A program made the translations under genes and the position numbers. From a virus, in IMG/VR virus record IMGVR_UViG_3300035180_002574, positions 1 through 64,000 of that record: a stretch of 64,000 nt of DNA; one strand, 5' to 3'. The notes beneath the pieces are model-generated. The model saw nothing but the letters and a program-made list of their open reading frames with translations. It searched no databases and was not told where the DNA came from. This document shows, in pieces, positions 47,971 to 59,181 of the stretch; within the stretch, counting starts at the first letter, position 1, and the number at the start of each line of letters is the position of its first letter.

Positions 47971-50394
47971 ATGACAACATATTTTATGAGAGCATACAAA
48001 ACTAGTGCGCCAACTGGTTATGTTCATTGGTCTGTAGAAAATGCTCCAGATGCAACTGGTACAAATTCTGGATATTCTCCAGGTGAATTAAGAAATATTA
48101 CAGTGTCATATGCTTCTGGAAGTGGTGGCGGCGGTGTTTCTGTCGACGGACATCAGCTTAATAAAGATATCATTGAAGTAGCAATGACTAAAAGCGGTCT
48201 TAATGTAAGTCTTATTAGTCCTAAATCAATAATTATTGATGGTAATTATATGTATGTGGGACAGCATGATCCCTATGGAAATATTGAGGCTAATAAAATT
48301 TGGAGATTTACTCTAAATGGCACTGATGTTACTGATGCGACTTATGTAGATTTATATCCAATATTGTCACTTCATTTTAGAACTAAACAAGCAATGACTG
48401 TTAGGGATATAGCGCATGATGCTACATATTTGTATGCAACATGCTGGGATACTGGACAAGTTGCAATTATTCAAAAATCTACTTTTACAGTTGTTGGATG
48501 GGCATCTATTCAAAGAAATGTCGGAAATGCAAAATTAAATGCAGTAAGCGTTGCAACTAGTTATGATTATGATGGAATTACAGATGGATTTTTTTATGTG
48601 ACATCAGTTGGAGATGTACAAAGAATTAGTAAATTTGAGACTTCAGTATTATTGGGTCAAGAGCCATTAAATAATGTGGCAGCTTCTGGATATAATTTAG
48701 ACACACTTCATGTTCGTTGGGTAACATATGCAAATGGCAATTTATGGGTAACTGGAAATAAAGCATTTGCATTAAAACAAATTAATCCTGTAAATATGGG
48801 CTTAACGCATACCGTTTCAACTTTAGGAGGAAGCGATAGTTCTATGGTCGCTACTTATGCATTCGGATCTATTTGGGTCGCAATGGAAAGTGGAGATGTT
48901 TATAGATTAGATCCAAATACATATACAACAAATGCTGGATATCCAATTACTTGCGTAAATAATAATACTCCTGGCGATATAGTTATGGGTCCAAATAAAA
49001 ATGGGATACCAAATACTTTAATGTATATTTCAGATCAAGAGGCTTCTGGATTTAGTAGCATTAATCCGGCTACAAATGTTCATGAATATTTTCAAATGGG
49101 GTCAAATGGACAGGTTGAAGGTATTGCAATATCTGGAAACAATATATATTTTGCAGATCATGGTGCATGGGCAATTGATTATTTTGTAAGAACAACAGGG
49201 CAAACAGGTCATTTGTTTCTTAATAAAGAGCAATTTAGTGTAACACAAAAATATACTGCTATAAGTGGAGATATTAGAACAGACATTAATAATACTAAAG
49301 TTAATATAATTAATGGTGCAAGAATAATGAATGATTTAGGTCATGCTAATATGGTTTTGAAATCAGAACAAAACTATTTTGATACACCATCAGGATTGGC
49401 ATATGATTCTAATAAAAATAACTTATGGATTTCTGATGCTGGAACATCTTTTCTATACAAATATAATGAACAAGATAATTTTTCATATAAAATGTATGAG
49501 CTTGGTGAGCTAAATGTTAATAATATCAAACTAAATAAATATAATAAAGGAATTGATGGCATTAGGAATATTACCATTAATGGCAGTTATTTATTTGCAA
49601 CCCCAACATTTAGTTCAGATTATTCTACTTTTGTAATAGATTTGGACGCAGAAAAATTAATTTGCATTACTGAAGGTACAGCATCAAATGATGATAGAGT
49701 AGATTGTGTTATTGTTAATAATAAATTATGGACATTAAGTTTAACTACATTAGACAAATATGATTTAATAAATGTTACTGATAGAAAATATCCGATTATA
49801 AAACCAATATACTCTATAGTATTAAGCAGCACTGGCGTATATAATACGGCACTAGCGACTGATGGTAGATACATATATTATTCTAATAAAAATGGGCAAT
49901 TATTTTACGTAGATTCTACGTTAACTAATCCTGATACTAAAAGCTTGTGGACACATCCTTTTGCAAATGGCGCCAATTCATTAAAATATGCAAATGGATT
50001 TCTTTGGTATGCAGCTTTTGAAGGCATCTATAAAATAGATGTTTCTAATTTAGCATCTCCAGTAGCAACTTTAATAACAGGCACTAATACAAGTAATAAT
50101 AGCTGGGTTGGCACAGTATATGCAGAGGCATCAATATGGTCTGTAGAAAAAAATACTGGAGCTGGAATGGTTCAAATTGACACTTTAACAAATGCGGTCG
50201 TTAATACTTATATAAATAGTGCCAATGATAGGTTTACTAATATATATTATAATTCTGTTAATAATAAATTATATTTAACTAATCTTAGCTCTCTATCGAA
50301 TGCTCAATCAATTGTATCTTATGATGCAGCATTCCCAGGTTCTGGATCAATAAATAGTCAGGGTCCGCTTGTTTTGCGTTGGAGCGCCCCATAA
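47971..50394 (+). CDS. Beta-propeller-rich putative virion protein
   Basis: Gly/Asn/Thr-rich; repeated blades (DG.YIY, G.LWV, GSIWV). Confidence 0.75.
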   Translation: MTTYFMRAYKTSAPTGYVHWSVENAPDATGTNSGYSPGELRNITVSYASGSGGGGVSVDGHQLNKDIIEVAMTKSGLNVSLISPKSIIIDGNYMYVGQHDPYGNIEANKIWRFTLNGTDVTDATYVDLYPILSLHFRTKQAMTVRDIAHDATYLYATCWDTGQVAIIQKSTFTVVGWASIQRNVGNAKLNAVSVATSYDYDGITDGFFYVTSVGDVQRISKFETSVLLGQEPLNNVAASGYNLDTLHVRWVTYANGNLWVTGNKAFALKQINPVNMGLTHTVSTLGGSDSSMVATYAFGSIWVAMESGDVYRLDPNTYTTNAGYPITCVNNNTPGDIVMGPNKNGIPNTLMYISDQEASGFSSINPATNVHEYFQMGSNGQVEGIAISGNNIYFADHGAWAIDYFVRTTGQTGHLFLNKEQFSVTQKYTAISGDIRTDINNTKVNIINGARIMNDLGHANMVLKSEQNYFDTPSGLAYDSNKNNLWISDAGTSFLYKYNEQDNFSYKMYELGELNVNNIKLNKYNKGIDGIRNITINGSYLFATPTFSSDYSTFVIDLDAEKLICITEGTASNDDRVDCVIVNNKLWTLSLTTLDKYDLINVTDRKYPIIKPIYSIVLSSTGVYNTALATDGRYIYYSNKNGQLFYVDSTLTNPDTKSLWTHPFANGANSLKYANGFLWYAAFEGIYKIDVSNLASPVATLITGTNTSNNSWVGTVYAEASIWSVEKNTGAGMVQIDTLTNAVVNTYINSANDRFTNIYYNSVNNKLYLTNLSSLSNAQSIVSYDAAFPGSGSINSQGPLVLRWSAP

Positions 50395-51480
50395 TTATGT
50401 ACAAAAACTAAGATTAGATTTAATTCTATTAACTTCATTTTCTGGAAGTTTACCACTAGATAACAGGGCTCTGTTTAAAAACAGAGCCTCTTGTTTTTTA
50501 CCAATATAGAACGCTGCAATTGCAAGCTCATCCATAATCTTCCAGTCATAACATCCTGTATCTACAAATAATGAATCTTGGGGTCTAGATATACTAGACC
50601 CAACTTTGGCATAAAAATAGGCTTTATTAAATAATTTCATCTTTCTACAATAAGCACTTAAATAGCATAATGCTTCGTTTCTAATAGGTAATAAGTTGTG
50701 AGCTAATAAATAACTTGTCTCTATCGTATTTAGATCATTTGGTTGAATTTTTTCTAATAATTTCCCGATTTCTAACGCTGAAACAAATTGTTCTTCAACC
50801 CATCCGCCCATAGAAATTCTTTTATTATAAAACTCTATTGCCTTATAACAATTATTATGATTTGTTATACTAGAATCTCTATATGATTGAGCGCAATAAA
50901 AAACATATCTCTCATTATTTGGCTCTTTTAATAATGCCTTTTCAAATATTAATGCATCATTATAATACTTATTTGGATCTTTTGATCTACTACCAGTGCC
51001 TCCAAAAATAATGCTAACATTTTCTAATTTTGAAACAACTGTATTTGGAGGAGCCTCTAAATATTCATGAAGGACTCCAACCCATTTGCATCTAATATCG
51101 TTTCTAATTAAATGAGGTCTTTGATACGTAATTGAACCATGTTTGATTTCTATTTTATAGATAGGATCTTTCAATTCATTAAATGCTAATTTATCATTTA
51201 CCAATAATGTATCATCTGCGTCAATCCATAAAATATAATCAGATTTATTATAAGATAAGTCGAGCGCTAAATTTCTATTCGTTTCAAAATTTTCCCAGGC
51301 ATGCTCATGAAGCTCGCCAGGAATATCTTTTAAATAATCTCTAATAATCTTTTGAGTTTCATCTGTGCTTCCGGTATCACAGATTACCCAATAATTTATA
51401 AATTGTTTTACAGAGTCGAGACAATCTTTAATGCAGTGTGCTTCGTTTTTAACGATCATTGACAGACAGATTGAAGTCAT
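50395..51480 (-). CDS. GT2 glycosyltransferase with C-terminal TPR repeats
   Basis: LSMIVKNE, DTGSTD, WIDADD, GVLHE, then TPR-like helices (RYVFYCAQSYRD, EALCYL). Confidence 0.9.
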   Translation of the reverse strand: MTSICLSMIVKNEAHCIKDCLDSVKQFINYWVICDTGSTDETQKIIRDYLKDIPGELHEHAWENFETNRNLALDLSYNKSDYILWIDADDTLLVNDKLAFNELKDPIYKIEIKHGSITYQRPHLIRNDIRCKWVGVLHEYLEAPPNTVVSKLENVSIIFGGTGSRSKDPNKYYNDALIFEKALLKEPNNERYVFYCAQSYRDSSITNHNNCYKAIEFYNKRISMGGWVEEQFVSALEIGKLLEKIQPNDLNTIETSYLLAHNLLPIRNEALCYLSAYCRKMKLFNKAYFYAKVGSSISRPQDSLFVDTGCYDWKIMDELAIAAFYIGKKQEALFLNRALLSSGKLPENEVNRIKSNLSFCT

Positions 51481-51544
51481 ATTACAACATATACCAGTTT
51501 AACCTATAGCCTTTAAAAATTATAATTTTAAAGTTTGCCTATTT

Positions 51545-52253
51545 TCATATTAAAGAGTCAGTCCTATTCTTAAAAGATATCTGTTGAATTGTTCCTGGAG
51601 CTGAAGGTAATATAATATTTATAGTGCCTATAGTCGGATTTATAGATAGATATCTATCTGTGCTAATAGCAAGATATGGTGACGTATATCCATCTCCAGA
51701 TCCACCATATGGTATATTAGAGCCATTTATATTATAATTGATGATATCCCGCCACCACTTCCGCTTCCTCCTAAATAGGCGCCGGCGTGCCAGGTTCCAG
51801 TTAATGTTCTAAATGCATTTAGATCTACTGACGCTGTATTAACATCAGTTAGCGTTATTTCGCCCGGAATAATTTGCTTATCTAAATTATTAAACACAGT
51901 AATTACCACATATTTATTATTGAAATTATGAGGAATTGTTAATATGCCAGAGCCATCTAAATAACCATCTGTGAATGCAAATATATAACCATCACCAGTA
52001 GCACCTGTGGCTCCGGTAGCGCCTGTAGCCCCAGTTGGTCCTATTATACTAGTATGTGTATGATATCCATCAGCATTACTATTATCTGTTAATTTTTTAA
52101 TGCAGTAGCTATAACTGTTGATCCAACAGAAATATCTGCAATTTTAAATCTATTAGATTCTTGATTTGGTAAATTAATTGTAGTGGATATAAATTTATAT
52201 CCATCCCAAAATATACCATCATACTGATTTATAGGTTTACCAGCGAAACTTAT
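51545..52253 (-). pseudogene. Decayed collagen-like fibre gene (GPT-GAT3)
   Basis: N-terminus SFAGKP...WDGYKF is paralogous to neighbours; ATG replaced by ATA; frame breaks at the A6 run (52093-52098) and near 51728. Confidence 0.75.
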
Positions 52254-52293
52254 TTATTATCACTTATGATTAAATATCAAGTTATTTAAACTA

Positions 52294-54400
52294 TTATAAT
52301 ATATTCCATTCTGTACCATTCCATACAAGAGAGCGTGCGCCATAATTAATTGCAATTGTGCTTACTGATGACCCATCTATTGTATTTGTATTTCCAGATA
52401 TAGTTATATTATTTGTCGCGGCATCGCCTTTACCATCTTTAATATCAATTAAATCTCCAGCAACTAGAGATGTATTTGGTAAATTAATTGTAATTGGTCC
52501 AGCAATAGTTTGATTTATAACTAATATTCTCCAACTAGTTCTTGCAGGAGCATATGGGCTAGTCCCCGTATATAAATCGAATACGCTTGAAGCAGATGTC
52601 CCAGTAGCTCCTGCAACTTGTTCAATTATATTCCATTCAATTGAATTATAAATAAGTGTAATTGATCCCCAATTAACTGATATTACGCTAGAAGATGCTC
52701 CATCTATTGTTTTACCATTTCCATTAATAGTAATGTTATTACTATTTGCATCGCCTTTTGCGTCTTTAACAGTAACTATATCTCCATTAAGTGGCGTAGC
52801 TGGCAAATTTAAAGTATATGGTGCGGGCGTAGACTGATTAACAGCAACTACCCTCCATGATGTCTCTGATGGCGAATATGGTCCAGCCAATGGCTGGAAA
52901 TCCATTTTTCTTATTCCAATTATCTTAGTCACATCAATATTTGCATCTGCTGCAATATTATTATTTGTTATGAGCGTGGGAGTCCATTTGCCATAATTAA
53001 TAATTGGATTACCAGATAGATCGTATCCAGTTTGAGTTGTTGGTGACCACGCTAATACATTATTTGCTACTGGCACATTAGGTGCAATACCATATCTTTG
53101 TAATCTTGTAACTACATTATTATCAGAGCGTCTATAAACATCTCCAGTCATGGAGCGAGCATAAAATCTTTTAGGTTCTCCAACTGCAAATGGAGTCATA
53201 GAATTTACATATGAGCCATGTAAGATATTACTATTAGAAGAGCTGCAAATATACACAGTATGGCTAGTGGTAGATACCGCCATGTCATTAAGAGTTATTA
53301 ATGTTGGAGATAAATTAAGTGATACAGCTGCGCCAATAACTGGATAGCCAGCACCGCCATTCGAACAATCAACTGGCGTTAATTCGTTAGCATATCCAGT
53401 ATATTGATTTGTAGATATGATAATCATACTAGCCGTGCCTGCTGAATTTATAATTCTATTATGAGGGGCAGTTGGGCTAACTGCTAATGGAGTATATGTT
53501 GCTTCGGAAATACTTCCGCCTGCAGCATAATTAAAATATCCATCTCCATTGCCACCATCAACGCCAACAATAAAATTACCAAAATAGCTCCAATCAAAAT
53601 CTATCATTTCTGCTGTCGCACTTGATTGTTCTGTTATTCCGTCTAAAGTAACACTTGTAAGCGATGTTGTTCCAATAGGGGGCTTTGGCGGGAAACCAAA
53701 TGATCCTGGTATTTGCTTATGACATACCCATGCCTTTCCATCAAAGATTTTTAAACGTGATGGTATACCTTGGGCAGCTAAAGTCACAAATGTGGATGGG
53801 GTAAGATTACTAGAAGTAATTGTGTTTAAAGTAATTGACCCAGTAAACATATTAGCTGTAACTATAAGTAACCTAGAATGTGCAGAGTCCCACGCAATAT
53901 CTTTATATGATAAAGGGAATAATATTGATCCAGTTGTTGAGATATTATTCGTTACTGGGTCAAACCTTGCAATATTGTCTCCACCCATAGATTGGGTTCC
54001 ATTTAGAATGAAAACACAACCATTTCCACAAGCCAATCGGAAACTAGATGTTGAAAATGATGATACATCATATGAGGTATATGCATAGTTATTTCCTACA
54101 TCTGTTCTAATTAAATAACCATTGCTAAATGACCAAACTACGTCTGATCCGCCAGTTCCGGCACCCCCTTCAACTGCTATTGCGGTTGGGTTCGCCCCCC
54201 CTCTGCACCGCCTGCAACCTCCATAATTTCACCGCCAGTCAATGTAGGTACAGTTAATGTTGTGCCTTGAATTTTACTTAATGTTTGGCTAGTATTTGTT
54301 CCAGATAAATCTCCACCAGTTGTAAATTTAGTTTCTGTAACAAATTTATGTCCATCCCAATATAAGAAATCATTAATATTTGCTGGCTTTCCAGAATGAC

Positions 54401-54404
<4 letters not shown>
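52294..54404 (-). CDS. Fibre-like gene split by a -1 frameshift at a G7 tract
   Basis: MSHSGKP...AEGG (54404-54177) joins the frame of 52294-54036 if G7 at 54195-54201 is read as G8; two C-terminal LP..KD..G modules. Confidence 0.8.
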
Positions 54405-54988
<584 letters not shown>

Positions 54989-55044
54989 TTACCCTCATTA
55001 ACTTTTAATTAAGTTTCATGAGAATGCCAAAATGTTAGTATATT

Positions 55045-55215
55045 TTATATGTCTGAAGTAAGTCTTTTAAACTCTTCTTTAGTTATTTCAACGGCATTAG
55101 TTATCTTTTTAAGATTATTTAGCTGGTCTTTTGCAGAAATTATAATAATTATTTTATCAGGGTTATCTGATTTTTTACATTCAATATACGACTTATCATC
55201 AAATTGTATTTTCAT
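55045..55215 (-). CDS. 56-aa hypothetical protein
   Basis: Manual translation MKIQFDDKSYIECKKS; ATGA overlap with the interrupted upstream gene. Confidence 0.55.
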   Translation of the reverse strand: MKIQFDDKSYIECKKSDNPDKIIIIISAKDQLNNLKKITNAVEITKEEFKRLTSDI

Positions 55216-55282
55216 TTGAATTTCCTTACACTAGCAATAACCTTGCAAACACCACCGTCATCATCTTCTAATAGTGAACTAC

Positions 55283-56406
55283 TCATCGCCTAAAGGCGAG
55301 GGCTTCTTGGATCGTCATTGATCCAACATATGATGGTTGAGTCATCATAGCCTGTTCCAGGCAAAAAACGTTATCTGCTGCATTCTCATCTCGATCATAT
55401 ACACTTCCACAACTACAAGTTATTGTTCGATCTGAAAGCTTCAGATCAATATGTATCTTGCCGCACTTATTACAGGTTTTAGAAGTGTTTCTCGGATTAA
55501 CTAAAACTAAATTATTGGTCTTATAGCCGAGAAAAGAAAGAAACTGTGCTAATTTAGCATTACGAATGCTTCTGTTTAGGTTCGTCCATTTACCTTCTGA
55601 CATTGATTTAACAGATAGGTCTTCCGCATAGATCGTATCATATGTTGAACCAAGTCTTTTAGAGACCTTATGCTGATAGTCATTGATCTTTCTGACTTTC
55701 GCATCATACAATCTATTTGCTACTTTTTTAGAAACTTATACTGATTAGAGCCTTTCGTCAAATGATCGGCTCTACTTTGCACTTTAGCGATTTGCTTATC
55801 GAAATACTTGCTATCAGTTCTATTCTTGATCTTTGTTCCATCGGTAGTAACTACTAAATATTTCAATCCAATATCTATACCGATACTACCAGTAGCCTGT
55901 TTAGCTTCGATATAATCTGTTATAATATTGAGATAGAACTTATTGTTCTTATTTGAAATGCTAACTTGTTTGATTTGACCTTTCAAATCTCGATGTTGCA
56001 CGAATGACATTTTGCCATATACTTTAGTGATTAAGATACCATTTTCAATCTTGAAGCCAGATTGAGGATAACAGATACCAAAGAAGTTTTGACAGCTGCG
56101 AAATCTGGGAAAGCCAGCTGTCTCTTTAGACTTAACTCTTCTAAAGAAGGCTTGATAGCTACGATCTAATCGTAGTGGAACTTGCTGCAATACTTGACTA
56201 TGCATCTCATCTAATATTGGCTCGCTTGCTTTTAAGCTAACTAATTCTGCTTGCTGTTCTTTTCGACCAATCTTAATGCCATTCTTATAGTTTTCGATAC
56301 GTTGATTGAGAAAATAGTTGTACAACCAGTTAAGTTTATTGGCGTGTTGCCATAGCTTGACTTGTTGATCTTTGGTAGGATATAAGCGGTATTGAAAGGT
56401 TATCAC
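55283..56406 (-). CDS. tnpB: TnpB RNA-guided nuclease, split by -1 at A-AAA-AAG
   Basis: GIDIG (RuvC I), AEDL (II), SKTCNKCG/CSCG zinc finger, DRDENAA (III); frame break at 55723-55729. Confidence 0.9.
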
Positions 56407-56842
56407 TCTTGCTCTGCTCTTTGATTTTCAACATACTTCTTTAAGACATCAATAGACACATTTCCAGTAGTAGAAAGAAAATAAGAAGGTGACCAAAAAC
56501 TATCTCCCCATAGCTTATCTTTTAGAAAGTCTTTGTATTTTTCTCTTAACATTCTGCTGGAACGACCTTTTAAGATATTGATGAACTTGGTTAGTTCCAA
56601 AGTGGGTTTAGTTCTAAACAAGATATGCAAATGGTCATCGCCACATTCTTGTTCAATAATTTCTACCTCAAACTCTTCTGCTATTGTTTTCATAATAGTT
56701 TTCATAATAGTTTTCAAATCAGCAATCATCAGATCGTCTTTGAAGACTTTCTTGCGATATTTAACTACCGTTATGAAGTGGTAGCAAAGCGAGAAAACAG
56801 CGTTGTTAGTTCTATCAGTTCGATAGATTTTTCACCTACCAT
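56403..56842 (-). CDS. tnpA: HUH Y1 transposase TnpA, frame break near the start
   Basis: DHLHIL, LKGRSS, FWSPSYF, YVENQ; the N-terminal YRT...YHF...KYRKKVF lies in-frame upstream but reaches ATG 56842 only through -1 at the A5 run 56828-56832; 12-nt duplication (KTIM x2). Confidence 0.9.
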
Positions 56843-57070
56843 ATTATATATCGTAGTTATTGGTAGATTTGATCAACTTTCTGCATCGTATTCATCCCAC
56901 TGCCTAAAGGCAGGGGATTTCTGCGGTCTGTCAGGTTAAAGCTTCTTTGATATCTGTTTTATTTGCATCAATCAATTCATTCAATAGTTGAAGGGCTTGA
57001 TTAAATGATAAATTAGAATAGCCTTGTCAAGGTATATTTTTTAGTTTCTAATAAAGCAATATATTGCATA

Positions 57071-57799
57071 TCAATTTCCTCTATTCGTTATTGAGATTGC
57101 CACGTTATGTTTTCTAGACAAATAGATCGAAGCGTCTTTATAAAGAAAATCTCTAACTTTTAATGCAAACTTACCCTTGAATCTAAGTTGTGGAGTTTTT
57201 TATTATGATAGTCTATATTATTTGAACATTTAAAACTACAATCTTTTTGTAATATCTTCTTATATGTTTTAAGAAATTTTTCAGTTCCACGTATAGAGCT
57301 ACATAGTCTATTATTAGATAATTCTGAATTTATAAAAAAGCTACCATCACCATCGAAATAACCTCTCATGAAATGATGTTTAAGAGGATGTTTTTCAAGC
57401 CATTTGGGAAATGTATAAATCAAACTTTTCTTTGGAACAATATTGAATTTAATCAAATCATTTGCTATTTGTTTTGATGTAATTAGTAATTTGCTCTCCC
57501 ATACATCATTCCATTTAGGATTCTTTTTAGAATTTTTTATTAGATAATTTTTAATTGGATTAGTGCTTTCTAATAAATTTCTAACTAATTTCAAATGATC
57601 TTCATCATTTTTCGATACAGAAATCAGAAATCTGTAATCTATGATTGATATAATTGCGAGTTTTATTTGTTTTAGAAATCCTAATGCACCCATCTGCCGC
57701 CATAAATCCTGCTAAATAAAAAGATCGTTCAGTTTCTTCTTGAAAAATATTATGATTGACTTTATATTTTGAATGGGATTTCTTTTGGATATGGGTCAT
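57071..57799 (-). pseudogene. Free-standing LAGLIDADG homing endonuclease with two frameshifts
   Basis: YLAGFMAADG and FMRGYFDGDG; 7-nt duplication at 57618-57631; A6 break at 57196-57201; C-terminal DFLYKDASIYLSRK in a third frame. Confidence 0.85.
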
Positions 57800-58592
57800 T
57801 CTGTTTCCATGTTATAATTTCGACCCTATCCATATGCACAAATATTGAGTGTTCTGTGTGGGCGCCAATATCTGGGGTTAAAACGGTCCAATTATCAGAA
57901 GCTACTTTGGTTTCTGGAAGATAAATCGTTAACATCGGTTCTATTGCAATTGATAACCCGGCAGCTATTCTAATTCCGGTATTTGGATCTGATTTATTCT
58001 CAACGAATGGGCTTGCATGCGGTTTATTATACTCTAAGCCGTGCCCGCCATATTGTGTAACAATTCCAAAACCATCATGTGCTGCAGATTTAGCTATTGC
58101 ATTGCCAATAACCCCTAATCTTTTACCAACGCTAATTGCCTGGATTCCTTTGAGCAATGCATTTTCTGTAGCTTTTATTAAAGCGACGTGTCTTATATTT
58201 TTAGGCTTACCATAAATGCAAGTGATAGCCGAATCAGCAATAGCTCCCTCATAAGTAGCTCCCAAATCAAAAGATACGACATCTCCTTCTTGAAGAACAT
58301 AATCTTTAGGTATACCATGCACCAGCTCTTTATTTACAGATATGCAAACCGCTTCTGGAAAGCCTTTATAGCCTTTAAAAGTCGCAGTACATCCGGAATC
58401 TAGGATGATTTGTTCTGCTTCCAAACTGAGTTGTCTAGTGGTTAGATTTGTTTTTTGTTCAACCAACCTCTGTAAATGAGTCAAACAATGAGCCACTATT
58501 CTGCCAGCAATTCTTTGCTTTTCCAGCCATTCGTTATCTTTCAATGTAAAAAAGCCACTTGTAGAAAATGGCTCTTTAGTATTTATTCTCAT
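57762..58592 (-). CDS. map: Methionine aminopeptidase type I
   Basis: SVNKELVHGIP, SFDLG, ADSAIT, GGHG, AIEPM, AHTEHS. Confidence 0.95.
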   Translation of the reverse strand: MRINTKEPFSTSGFFTLKDNEWLEKQRIAGRIVAHCLTHLQRLVEQKTNLTTRQLSLEAEQIILDSGCTATFKGYKGFPEAVCISVNKELVHGIPKDYVLQEGDVVSFDLGATYEGAIADSAITCIYGKPKNIRHVALIKATENALLKGIQAISVGKRLGVIGNAIAKSAAHDGFGIVTQYGGHGLEYNKPHASPFVENKSDPNTGIRIAAGLSIAIEPMLTIYLPETKVASDNWTVLTPDIGAHTEHSIFVHMDRVEIITWKQNDPYPKEIPFKI

Positions 58593-58609
58593 TTAACTTT
58601 CTCCGAGAA

Positions 58610-58882
58610 TTATTTAGATTTTAATCCAGACTTAATTCTATTAGCTTCTTCAAAAACACCGCTGTTTAATTGTCGGCTTTCAATTAAAGCTTGCCGCGCC
58701 GAACCATAATCAATATATTCTTTAAACTCTGGAGTACTTAATATTTTAATGATCTTCTTATCAAGAAGAAGGAGCATTGCGCTCATTTCCCCCAGCGTTT
58801 TTCTATCTATACTGCCATTGTTTTGTGACGTAGCTAAATAGCCCCTAATTTGTATTAGGGACGTTAATTCGTCCAGTTTCAT
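58610..58882 (-). CDS. Hypothetical protein
   Basis: ORF track. Confidence 0.7.
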   Translation of the reverse strand: MKLDELTSLIQIRGYLATSQNNGSIDRKTLGEMSAMLLLLDKKIIKILSTPEFKEYIDYGSARQALIESRQLNSGVFEEANRIKSGLKSK

Positions 58883-58884
58883 AA

Positions 58885-59169
58885 TTATACCTTTGGTGGT
58901 AAAGCTCCGCCACGAATAACGGTGCCATCTTCATGAATAGCATCCGCCTCAGTCAGACCATATCTCATATATATTTGAAGAACAACATACTTGTATGCTA
59001 GCTCTGCATTTTCATTTTGAGCAAGAGCTGCTTTAGCTTCTGCTAAAGCTACCTGCTTTTTTGCCTTTGCCAAATCTAAAGCAGATCTGTCGGCATCTGA
59101 AATTTTTTCTATAATTACAGGCTCAGAGGGAGTGGCTGGTAGTGTTGGAGTTTTTACATCTTCTGACAT
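58885..59169 (-). CDS. Coiled-coil hypothetical protein
   Basis: ORF track; AAGG RBS. Confidence 0.7.
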   Translation of the reverse strand: MSEDVKTPTLPATPSEPVIIEKISDADRSALDLAKAKKQVALAEAKAALAQNENAELAYKYVVLQIYMRYGLTEADAIHEDGTVIRGGALPPKV

Positions 59170-59181
59170 TCTGGCTTCCTT

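Larger units (their letters stand above)
55274..56935 (-). mobile_element. IS200/IS605-family element (tnpA+tnpB) inserted 3' of TTTAA
   Basis: LE hairpin 56896-56916 with guide AAAT and target TTAA; RE hairpin 55281-55302 with guide GAAG and terminal TCAC; no target duplication. Confidence 0.93.
55212..57069 (-). pseudogene. Small phage gene interrupted by the IS200/IS605 element
   Basis: Joining the flanks restores ...KTDIKEAL-I-LEDDDGGVCKVIASVRKFK*; ATG 57069 has a GAGG RBS; one further frame break near 57030. Confidence 0.6.
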
